From assembly GCA_009103225.1 (NCBI GenBank), contig RHPI01002090.1, positions 308,625 to 372,624 on the forward strand: DNA of 64,000 bases, in the 5' to 3' direction. How positions within the stretch are numbered: the first letter of the stretch is position 1; the number at the start of each line of letters is the position of its first letter. Shown here one piece after another: positions 1 through 11,602 of the stretch. The notes below the pieces were generated by a model. That model saw only the letters and a program-made list of their open reading frames with translations, did not search any database and was not told where the DNA came from. The DNA comes from Chlorokybus atmophyticus (lineage: Eukaryota > Plantae > Mesostigma and Chlorokybus algae). Made by a program: the position numbers and the translations under genes.

Positions 1-1442
1 GCATGAGCCTTTGCAGAGTGAGCGATTGACATCGGCACTTACACCACGTCATGCGTGAGTAAGCAGGTTATCTGCAAGACATGAAGTCGTGATGCACGAC
101 CATCCTCGATGAGTCAGGCTGCATTGTGCAGAAACTTGCATGCACATTGTGGCATGCATCAATAAAATGATCAGATGAGTATCAATAATGAACTTGATGT
201 GGTCAATTGCAGGAGAACACTGCAGTTGAGTGGGAGTCACAGCAATGTGCATGCCATTTACGGTGACCGTGCATGCTGGTGTACATGCAGGTTTGGGCAC
301 ACCCTTGTGTGTGACAACATGTGCATGAACGCTAGTGTGCGCGCTTGTGCATATGCGCATCTACATGTGACATGTAGAGTGTTATTACTTGGATAAGTGC
401 ATGGGCATGTCGCTGTGCGCGTGCACGTCCGTTCATGTTTTGCATACTTCAAGCCTTGGGTATTTCGAATATTTTAAGAGCTTGCAATCAACAACCCTCC
501 TTGGCAATAGCTCTTGCGGGCATGTTCCCATCTGGCGCTATGATGGCACTTCAATGCCAGTCACCTCACCTACATTGTGTCAAGGCGAAGGTTGAACCCG
601 TCACTGTCCTCTTTTGGTAAGGTGACAACATTTGCACGTGCTTCAATAAGCACAACAAGCTTGAGGCAAAACACATGTCGCTTGTGTCTTTGCACAGTGA
701 CTGGTACTTTTTTATGCTAATTTAAGTAACATCGATGCTTAGCAAAGTGTAACTTGACACAAATAGTCAATCAAGCGAACCTTTTGCACACTTGTTGATT
801 ATAATGTTAATAAGGTGCGTACTAAACTTCACTTTTTGATATTAAGCTTTTCATTAATTATAGCACTGCGTAGCAAATTGCTGAGATAAATGTACATATC
901 AATGTACATCAATTTGCGTCCTTGGTGTTAATAGCAAGTACATGTAGGCTTTGATGATCAAGTGGGGTTCGTGGCCATTTACAATAATTCTGTTGATGTA
1001 TCCAATTAACTCGGGTTTTACAATGCTCACGTTGAGCAAATAGGATCGGCCATGCATGAAGCGCATGCATACCCTAAAAGTGCAAAGGGCGAATTGTAAA
1101 TCCGAAGCTTGTCCACAACGGATATCCAAACAAATTCATGTTAAACAGCATCTCTTTTTGCAATTAACATCGAGCACCATAACCGACCTGCTTGCCTTTT
1201 TCAAGAACATTGTGATGCATGGAGATTGCGGCGGCGAGCTCAAGATAACGCTCTTGCATGTTGATTGTCTATCAAGAACACAATTACTGAGTTTATTAAG
1301 TGTGATGCTCAACATCTGCACAAAGAGATTACATAACTGCTACGCACTTATGAGCTGGCATTTTCAAGAATACATTAAGCCTACCTAGACAGAAAATAGT
1401 CACCGTGTTTGACATGTTGTAAGACGATACATGCGTCAAAGC

Positions 1443-1588
1443 GCCCACCGTGGCCTTTTTGAAAAATGCACATACCTTATTTACAACCTGCATACCGGTA
1501 TCTATGGGCCATAGAGCCCACCGTGGCCTTTTTGAAAATTACACATACCTTATTTACAACCCTGCATACTGGTATCTATGGGCCATAG
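1443..1588. repeat. Tandem duplication, 2 x ~73 bp, upstream of the kelch gene
   Basis: gcccaccgtggcctttttgaaaa...ggtatctatgggccatag at 1443 and again at 1516 with few differences. Each copy ends in ctatgg-g-ccatag, which contains TGGGCC. Confidence 0.9.
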
Positions 1589-1822
1589 TTTCATGATAGT
1601 GTCAGGTGTGTAGGGAAACGCCTCGCTGCGATCGCTGGACACCTACCCCCGCAAAATGGCGCTGACCAGCGGTCAGCTCCGCCTGTGCCCCACGCCGGGG
1701 CCGCAGTGACGGTGGCGCCGGCGGCGGCAGTGATGGCGTTGAGATGCAGCTGACGTGCGTACCTGGTATTTGCTTGTTGTCCGCCAGCTGTGACTGGTGT
1801 AGGAAGGGCCATCTCTGCAGCA

Positions 1823-4215
1823 ATGCGCACGCAGCGCTCCAGCTGCTCGACTACATGGCCATGGCCGTCTGCCGACGTTGCGTGGGCTGCCCTACTGCTA
1901 GTTGTGGTCTGTGCAACTACTGGTGTTGCCGCCCAGTTTTCTCTCTACACAGGTAAGTGCGTGCTTGCTTATTAAACTCGACTGTGCTTGCGCTCGCCTT
2001 ACAACCAGCAAGTACAAGCTCGACATGCTGCTGCTGCAGGACCCCGCCTTGGCACAGGCGTGATTGAAGCGTCCAGTGCGCCTTGCGGCGGACGTCTAAT
2101 CATCGCCGGTGGATACGAGTACGGTACGACGCAGCAGCAATCTCTTCCAAAGCATCAAGTTGTTTGCCCTGCCAGTGAAGCTGTACATGACGTTGCCTTG
2201 ACTTGTTCTGCTCTCCCCCCCCCCCTTTTCCCCCCTGAAAGGCAGCAACTACACTGACGGCAACAAGACTAGTTTGTGGGACCTAAACAAGAATTCGTCA
2301 TGGACACGCGGCGCAGACATACCTATAGTAGGTGGTAGCAGCATTGCGTTGTTCGCCTCGTAGAGATGCAGCACATGCATGTCATGCGGCTGGTGTACTG
2401 GCAGGCGATGTCACATGGTGCCTGCGTCTGCGTCAACGACACCACGCTTGTCATCATAGGAGGTAATGCGCAAACTTGTTGTGACTACGCAAGCTGTGCA
2501 AGCACGTCAAGCAAACTGTGCGCGCTACGCACAACAAGCCCAGCTTGACAAGCACTGCATAGGTTGGAAAGCATAGCGTGTTCATGCATGCTGTCACAGT
2601 AACTGCGTCACAGCAGCCATGTAAACCATACTGATCGCCCTGCGTTGACTGTCTTCGTTTGCAGGCTTTTCGAAAGTGATAGTTCCTGGAAGTAATGTGG
2701 CCCTTAGCAACGTGTGGGCATATGACATAAAGGCTGACAGGTGACTCCGTACACATGTACTGCAATCTGCTGCTGCTCTCGAGCCAACACAGCATGCCCA
2801 CCGGGGGGTGGGGGGGTGGGGCATGTACATCAAAAGTGCAAGGTTTGACGCGATACACATGTGATAAGAAACTGATGCCGCCAGTGCACGCTTGCAGATG
2901 GTTGGCATGGCCAAGTCTTCCTGCTGTGCGAGGAGCGGGCACAGCCTTCATCATACGTGGGAGAATCTACTTTGTCGGCGGCGCCATCGGTCCTACCGAG
3001 GCACATCAACATGCACGCAGCAGAGAGTGTGTTTATCAGTCCGTCAACAACCAAGCATAACTACTGTTATTGTGTCTCAGGACGCTTCAACGGGCGACTC
3101 CACCATTGTGTGGTCTCTGTCCGTCGCTGGTGCAGATGATTCCGCAGGTTGGGTGTTGGAGGACGCAACAAATACGCGCCCTTTGAACCATCTTGGAAGC
3201 GCTGTGGTGAGCAACAGTGCCTACCTGGTGGGAGGTCAGCAGCTGTGGACAAATGACACAAGACAAATCGAGAGCACGGTCGTCCAGCGATTCGACTCCA
3301 CATATCACACCTTTACGCCGGTTACAGACCTCCCCGACCACACTTCCCACACTTCCAGCAACACCTTTGCCCTCAATGGTTTCGTGTTTGTCTTTGGTGG
3401 CACCACCAATGGCCGGCTGGGTGGCTTGGCAGTAACTTCAGTTCTCGCTTACAGCATACCACTCAACAGGTAGAGCTCAAGGCTTGTGTATAACACAGTG
3501 TATGGTTGGACAATCATGCCGCCCTCTTATCCAGGTGGGCCAAGCTTGGAACAGCGTTGCCGAGGCCCGTGGTGGCGCCCGTAGCGCAGTACTGTCCGTC
3601 TGCGGGGATGGTTGTGTATGTCAGCTACACCTACACGTACATTGTGTATGCAGCAAGCCTAGAGTCCGCTGCAAAAGCCGCCTTTGCAGGTAGCAGGCAG
3701 GACAACGCGTGTTGCATGCAATCCATGTGTGCGCATGCAAGGTGCTGGCTGTCCTGAGCTCTATTGTTGCAGCCCCACCGCCTTCACTGCCGCCACATTC
3801 ACCCCCAGCACCTCCGCCACCACCACCAACCTCGCCACGGCCGCCACCTCCACCTCCCCCCCAACCACCGTCATCTCCCCCATCAAAACCCTCACCACCC
3901 CCGTCGCCACCTCCGCGACTACCAGCCCCACCACCCCCACCACGTCCTCCACGTCCTCCTCCACCTCCACGTCCACCTCCACCTCTTCGTCCACCCCCAT
4001 CACCTCCACGACCTCCGCTATCACCACCATTAGTGTCACCTCCACCTCCTCTTCCACCTCCACCACCCTCAACACCACCACCTTCACCTCCACCTCCTTC
4101 TCCACCCCTCCCACCTGACCCTGCACCTGCGCTTGAAACGGGACCCGGCACTTCCCCAACAGATGCCAGCGCGCCTCCCGTGCCGTCCGCGCAACCAGCA
4201 GCAGGCCCCCAATGA
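1823..4215 (+). CDS. Secreted kelch-repeat (beta-propeller) protein with a C-terminal proline-rich extensin-like tail; multi-exon
   Basis: Exon 1 MRTQ...WAALLLVVVCATTGVAAQ is signal-peptide-like and followed by ag|gtaagt. Kelch GG motifs: RLIIAGGYE, LVIIGG, IYFVGG, AYLVGG, VFVFGG. Last exon carries SPPP/PPSPP repeats (ORF 3709-4215). Confidence 0.8.
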
Positions 4216-4787
4216 GCCTCGGGCGAGGATCCCTCAGCACCTGCCCCTTATGACGCAGGTGCTCCTGCTGGCCATAACTCTTAGCCCACATATACGCCTC
4301 CTTCATCAAGTTGAAAGCGCTTACAATGCTTGTGCTGAGTGTTTAGCATCACACGTGCATGTAAAGGTGCAAATAAAACACTATACAGCTTCATGCATTG
4401 ACGCTATTATGCTATTAGCATCAGGGTACCACTGATACTATGTTATCACTTTTAAATATAGCCATCTTACTTGTAGGTTATTGAGTGTGTTGTTGATACA
4501 TACGACACATTTTAAGCGCGGCCAGTAAATCGCCTTACCGTCACTCGCTGCTATGTGGTAAGGAAACAACACACTCGCCTAGGGGCTGCAGCTGTTAGTA
4601 AGGTGAAGTTCTTGCTGCGCCGTTGTGTTAGGCTAACACAACGGGTCCAGTGATGTTTGGTAGCCATTTTCTCTGCTTGCAGCAGGAGCAACATGATAGT
4701 ATGTTGAGCAATGTTTGACAAACTATCTTGGCATGATAGTTAACGCTGTTTAAAAGTACATTATACTTTGATGTTGGTTAATGCAGC

Positions 4788-4910
4788 AGAGAGAGAGAGA
4801 GAGGGAGAGAGAGAGGGAGAGAGAGAGGGAGAGAGGGAGAGAGGGGGAGAGGGAGAGGGAGAGGGAGAGGGGGAGAGGGGGAGAGGGAGAGAGAGAGAGA
4901 GAGAGAGAGA
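4788..4910. repeat. Pure purine (GA/GGA) microsatellite, ~123 bp
   Basis: Uninterrupted A/G tract seen directly. Confidence 0.95.
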
Positions 4911-5689
4911 TGCCTCAACAGGCAACACTTCTCGTCGCGGATGCATTGAAAGCTGCAATTTGCAAGCAAGATGTGATGGTGGTGTGGTGGTTGTATTAAC
5001 AAGGATTGTTTAAAGGACACCAGCAGCACACAATCTGCCTTTTGCACCTTTACAACGCTTCTTACTTGATTAATGTGCACATGTATCACCACGCGTGTGC
5101 CCGCGCGCACTCATGCATGCACGAACATGGTGAATCCGATGACGGCGCAGTGAAGTGCCTTCAGAATGGCAAAAGTTGAACGATTAGATCTCTAGAGACA
5201 GCTCATGAACGCCTTGCTCTTATAGAAATCAATGTTATTGCTGCGCAATAAGCATAGAGTCAACATCACTGAATGCGCTATGCATATGAACTGGGCACAT
5301 ACTCATCACGAAGCAACAACCAAGCTGTAGTGATAAGCGCTTATCACAGCAGCTAGCTTGGCCACTGCGCGGTCCAACTGTCAATGCCTTCTCGTCCCTC
5401 TTCTTCTCCCACCACTGTCAGCGCCGCTGCTTCAGTGTCAACAACAGCAATGTAGCCAATTTTAGGTATGCCTGCTGCTGGCATTGATAGTGGTTGGCGG
5501 AGTGGGTTGGAGGAGGAGGAGGGTAACCGCGCCACCTACAACTTTGCGTTGAGAGGTGGCGGGTTGAGGTTCCTAACACAACTTCGCACAACCTACTTGC
5601 ATCATGTTCGTGCGATTGTGTTTGTGCTCATATATATAGTAATCATTGGAGTTCATATATACACGGTGCAGTATCTGTTTTAGATTAAT

Positions 5690-6900
5690 GTCAAGTACAT
5701 GTGTGCATGTCGCGCGTAAAAAAGGTGTGATTCCATGCAATAATTCACGTCTTCATAGTGATTGTATAAATGGTTTACGCGCGCACTGTAAAATGCGCAT
5801 GCAACAAGTGTTTACAACTTGAGAAACATTACAAATTCTACCAATCAATGGCACCCATTTCAGACATGATTTGTGGAAAGAATTGCGACCTCTTTTATTA
5901 AGTGTGACTATAATAGGGGAAGACCGTACATTCTTATGTGTACAAAGATTATGGGACATGAAAGGCGTTCATCATGAAAAGTGGCCTAATTGGCCAAATT
6001 ATAATTAATGCGCTGCACCGGTAGTCTGTTGTGAACTTGCTTTGCAAAAATGTCAGTTTTGTTCTGTCTTAACATCGGAGTCTATTGTTGACTCAAAATA
6101 GGACTCCAATGATCGGAGTCCTACAACGAGACCAGCCTTGCTAAAGGCAGTGCAGTAATTGATTCTCTGCCAGCAACACACAGTCCCCTCACGTGATGTT
6201 GGCGGCATAGGCAGGGACATCCGCTCTCACAGCGGCGGCTGCGGCGGCGGCGGTGAAAACACATGCGTCGCAATGGGCTGCAGGGAACCTTTAAGGCGGG
6301 ATCGTCTGCCTCTGCGGCGGAGGTAGCGGCGCCACAGAAGGAGGTAGAGGAGGAGGAGGCGACGCAGGGGCAGCAGATAGGCTAGGCGGTGAGTGTGTGT
6401 AAGTCGGATCGAGTTAGATAATGGATTGAAAAACAAGTGCAGGAAAGTTAAGACAGATTCAACAGTCAGATCTAATTTAGACTACTTACTCAACGTTTGT
6501 TTGGAGCACCAGGATGTCATTCGCTCATTCACCGGTTTTGAGTGTTTTGAGAAAACCCATCAGGGAATGCGTGATTTTTAATGTGGACCACATGCCAACA
6601 ATATCCCATCAATGGTACTTTGCAAAGCAGTAATAAACGTGAAAAAAGGACTATACCACACCTGCACGTTGTTTGTGTTGTATCCGTATTCCGGTTGCTG
6701 CGAGTAGTTGGTGTGGGTAGTTGATGTGGGTGCTTACTGTCGTTATTTAAATTGAAATGGCTTTTGGCTGCGAAAGTCAATATGTGACTTTCGCTCATAA
6801 GTACAAAGCAAAAAGCTGTTACTTTTGTGGGCAATGGTACGCGAAGTTACCAAATCGCTTTGATGACATCAGTGATAAGCACAATGATGTTAACAAAAAA
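5690..6900 (+). pseudogene. Degraded duplicate of the promoter, exon 1 and intron 1 (possibly exon 2) of the gene starting at 9810
   Basis: Collinear similarity to ~9410-10480: gagtcctacaacgagaccagccttgc, ctcacgtga..ttggcggc..agg, a poly-Glu exon and a g|gtgagt donor at 6388/6389. The relic exon (6273-6388) is frameshifted and has TAG at 6383. Outer boundaries are approximate. Confidence 0.7.
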
Positions 6901-9809
6901 GTTTAACTTTTGCCAAGTGTAAGAGCTTTTTGCTTGTAAGTAATGCATATGGTATGTGCAACTTGCATATCGCTAGAATGTGCTCAGTAATTTGGCTGCA
7001 ATGGATGAAGGGCTTTTGAGTCACCTTATTGCAGACATTACTTTAAACATGTTCGTTACTAATTTAAATTTCATTTCGTAAGCAACGTACAGCAATTTAA
7101 TCATGCATGCTTTGAACGCTGCGTCCCTCCAGCACATATATAGAGGACTGATCATGCATGATTGACATGCGCTCAACTGTCATCATTTGATTACACCAAA
7201 AACACGACCCGCATATACATGTGTAATTTGATAATTATTATTATTAATAAAATACACATGTATGTACTAATCATGTCACTAGTTGTTCGTCGACAATCGA
7301 TGCAGCTTGCAAACCATACTGTCAGCATGTGGCATTGGCATTGCATATTAACTTGTGCATACACTTGACAAGGACTCATCGTGTATCAAGTATGTAGGCT
7401 CGCAACGAAATTGGGGAAGAGGAGCCCAGTAAAGATGTATAAACAGCAGTTTTAAACTCTCTCGTTGTGCAACCATCTGTTCGGTTGTAATGCACGAGCA
7501 TAGAAGATCTTATTGCATGCAACCACTATATCAAAACAGTGAACAATGGCCGAACAATTTGGACTTGTTGCTTAGATAACGTTAAACAGCATAAACACAT
7601 GGCAGCTTTTGCGTGTTGTGCCACAGCAATAGCGCTAACAAGTCTCTAGAGTCTTGCATTGGGTCCTCCTTTGCCAACCGGCAATGCACACCTTAATAAG
7701 TAACTGTAGCTTCACCGTCTTGTCATGTGCATCTGCCCGTGACAATAGCTGTCAACCGCACCTAAAATGCCGACATCAATTCCTCCTTGGCATGTCTAGT
7801 GTCTCGTCGTAACTTACGACGACTACTTTTGAAAAGTAATTTCATCTCGGTAGTGGCACACAGTGTGTGCCACTACCGAGTGTGCCAAAAGTACGAAATC
7901 AAGTGTATTATACCTGACCATAATGTGCGTCACAAGAAGTAGAAACGGGCATGCTTTTATTTATGTCAATCTCACCTTTGCCTTACGATGTGCAGGCGCT
8001 CTTCTTGTTCATGACAATAAGAAACATCTGCATATGCTCTTATTGAATCGGGCATGTCTAAATGAAGCATAAATTTGAAATTAGTGCATATCGTAATTGA
8101 GCTCGTAATGGATGATTGCAAACTAGCGATGTTGTTTGAAGAAGTTTAGAAAATCCTGGTTGCGACATATTATACTACTCGTGCATGGTTTACTTTTTTC
8201 GGTTATTACAGTCGCAATCACGCCATTAGTGATTTTGATAACTTAAATATTGATTTGCGTTCAACACCAGTTGTGGGACGCTACATTTGCGATTGCAATA
8301 ACATCATTCCAAATGCAAATATAATGGACATCGGCGCCTTGTAACGTCGGCGCCTTGTAACGCCGGGCTATGGCAGCAAAGCAACATAGAAGGAGCCACA
8401 TGTGTCATATATGCCCCATCCCATATGTTACATCGGCGTTTAGAATAATGATAATACAAACGCAGATGTAATGTCCCTGTTGTATAGATTTGTATTGTAG
8501 ACATATCGATTTGGATAAAGTTGATAAAAGCGTGTGTACAGCTTAATTTCTTTTCAAAACGCAGTCGCAACCTGTGTCTGCGGATGTCAGCCGCCGAGCG
8601 AGGGGGGAGGGTGGGTGGGTGGGTGGGTGTGGGTTATGCGCCATGCAGCATGGCGCTTGTAAGCCTTGCTGAGCATCATCAAACATCATGAGAGCGCTGA
8701 TGCGATGGCGCATCATTGACAAATAGTGCGTCGCGGCGTTAGCGCAGTTTGTACGCTGCAGATTACACTTTCTTTATCGCCAAAGTCCGCGGCTGACACA
8801 TTTCAAGTGTCAAAGAGTCTCTCTGCTACTGCCTGTACTTGCGCGCATCCGCATATCGCCTTGCACGTCGTCAGTAGGATACGTATCTGCACGTGCAAAA
8901 CAGCTTTCATGTATGAAACTATTGAAGATTACCACTGCATCGTTTGTGTATAATGTAAACTGAAATACGCTTTGAGCGCAGCCTTTTACAATGGAGGTTT
9001 CATTAACGATACACGTATAACATGTTTTAGTGAAATTTTCACTCATTTCCCATGGAATAATGCTAAAACTTGTGGGAAGAACTTTGTGCGTTTTTGCATC
9101 ATTCAATCATATTGTAATTTAGCGTGCACAATGTTGATCTTTCTGTGCTTCAACAGTGGAGTGCTTTATGCATTCAATGCATAATGTGCATACCAAGCAT
9201 TGTTTTTGCTACATGTACCATAAAGCATAGTTTTCTAAAACTTTTATAGACTTTGTACATACACAATCAGTGCTTGAATCATTGATAGCAATTGTTTAAA
9301 TTATCATGCGATACGATATCATCCGCTTATCACATCACCCTTTCTTCTGTAAGCGAAATCGACTATCGTATATGAGTTTGAGCAGGGTGTAATGCAACAC
9401 TATATGTTAATGCATAAAGTGCGTGCATGTAACGCGCGTGTATCGATATTTGCTCTGTACAACATTTACATGTCTATAATCATGTTATAACATGTTGACA
9501 CATGCATTACTGCGAATGCAGCATGAAGGAACTGTACATTCTCATGTGCACAAAGATCTTGTGGGACACGAAAGGCGTTCATCCTGAAAAAAGCGACCTG
9601 ACCATAGCTTTTCAATAACTCAGCTTTAGTCTGTTGTGCCACTTGAAGTTGCTTTCCATTAGAGTCAGTGTTGTGCCGACTCAACAACGACGAGTCCTAC
9701 AACGAGACCAGCCTTGCAACAAAGGCATTGATTTCCTGCCTCACGTGACGTTGGCGGCGTAGGCTAGGACATCCGCCATCACAGCGGCGGCGGCGGCGAA
9801 AGCAGAGGG

Positions 9810-10871
9810 ATGGGGTGGAGAGGGGCGTCGAAGCGAGATACGGCTGCTGCGGCGGTGGAAGCGGCAGCGCCACAGGAGGAGGAGGAGGAGGAGGCGGTGC
9901 AGGAGCAGCGGAGGGACTACGGTGAGTATATGAGTCCAGTCGAGGCAGATGATAGATCCAAGATCCGACAGGCAGTGCAGTGAAAGTTGGATGGCTTCGA
10001 CTGCAAGTGGTTGTTTAACTTGTCACCCCACGTTCTTTGTTGAAGGCATCGGGTATGTCATGCGCTCTTGTCAGATTGAAGAATGTCTGGAAAATTGTAC
10101 CAGAAGATAATCAGGAATTGCGCGTGCTTTGCTCTTGAACACATGCCATGAATGCTGTGCAATTGAGCGCCAGGCGAGAGGTTGCTTTGTACACCAACGT
10201 ACCCTCCTTCCGCGTCTTGTTGGTGTGTTGATGCAGTTGACAAGTTCGGCATCCTGCTTGTGCTCCTGTTACTCCAACTTGTCACTTGTCAGCTGGTGTA
10301 CAAGTATCTAGCCATTCAGGAATCTCCTCTCAACGGTCGCAGCACCAGAGTCACTCAGTTTGTCACAAAAGCCAACAGTTGGGAGCTTCTTGCCTCTGAG
10401 TATGCGCTGATGCACATAGATGACTTTGACACCGAGCCGAGCACAAGCGACCACATCGAAGGCATCCTCCGCACCAGCCGCGACAGAGTAAGTACCAGTA
10501 GCATAGGCAAGTCTCGTCACCCTGACACCACCAATATACGCAACCCCCAGGTCTCGTCTTCCGTCTCCGCCCTCCTCTCCGCCGCCCGTTCCTTCCGCGT
10601 CCTCCTCCTCGACGACCTCTCCTCTGCCACCACCACCTCCTCCTCCTCCTCCTCTTCCACCTCCTTCTCCTCCTCCTCCTCAATCCTCCCCTCCCGCGTC
10701 CTGGCCTCCCTGACCCTCGCGTCCTCGCGGCTGCTGCGCTGCAAGGGACGCGTCGCGGAGGAGGTCGAGAATTGCGTGAGAGAGTGCGCGGCGCACGCGC
10801 CGAGGGCGATGGTGGAGAGGGTCGGGACACTGACGGAAAGGGTGCAGGAGTGAGTGCGTGTGTGTGTGGGT

Positions 10872-10906
<35 letters not shown>

Positions 10907-11522
10907 CAAATTGATCGTGTAGGTTGGAGGAGGAGTTGCAGAGGGTGTCGGAGGATCTCAGAGCTGCGGATGAGAGAGCGGGGCTGCGGGTCAGGACGGT
11001 GAGTTGCATCTTCCAGCCTTTTTCCTGCATTTGTGGCTGCTGTAATTCTTTCACCGTGCATGGCGAGTATGTCACTCTCCCTTCTCTCTCTCTTCCAGGT
11101 CAAAATTGCGGTGCGGTGGCTGTGGCTCGGCACCCTCCTGCAGGTAAGCTGCACACAACCGTGTTGTTCACTCTTTCTGTTGCCGCTAGCTGCTGACGAA
11201 ACAACACTGGCCAGAGAAAGAAAGCCCACTACTGGAGCGTCCGCCGCGCCCAATCCTTTCGCACCAAGGTCAGTCCCAAGTAGTTATCCACTTACAACAT
11301 ACAACAACAACAATAACAACAACGACAACAACAACATCCCCATCTCTCTTCTGCCCCCAGCTCAAGGCCTCCCAGTACAAGTCGGTGCGTCTCGAGCGCG
11401 AGGTGAAGCACCTGGGCAAGCTGCTGCGTGCAGCCACACGCAAGGAAGCCGCCCAGCAACAGCAGCAGATGTACCAGCAGCAGACACCGCTGTCGCCGAT
11501 GGCGTCTCCTACCCAACAACAA

Positions 11523-11602
<80 letters not shown>

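Noticed and set aside
1-620. Possible minus-strand exons (e.g. LLKYSKYPRLE|gtatgc, ITCLLTHDVV|gtaagt)
   Set aside because: Fragments are too short, I found no consistent phase chain and no recognisable family, so no gene is called.
1443-1588. CRISPR-like repeat
   Set aside because: Only two contiguous units, no spacer, no cas genes, and the context is eukaryotic.
3621-4309. Long Gly-rich, Val/Glu-rich, Thr/Ser-rich and His-rich ORFs
   Set aside because: Alternative-frame and antisense shadows of the proline-rich exon.
4531-4576. U12 snRNA-like GCCTTA...GTAAGGAAA motif
   Set aside because: Spacing differs from U12 and there is no downstream Sm site; kept only as a generic structured element.
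1143-7592. Shared 12-mer gttaaacagcat at ~1140 and ~7581
   Set aside because: Many 12-mer coincidences are expected in 64 kb, and there is no flanking similarity.
5690-10250. Pair of LTRs flanking a retroelement
   Set aside because: The direct repeat corresponds to the promoter and exon 1 of a host gene. No TG...CA ends, PBS/PPT or gag/pol remnants were seen.
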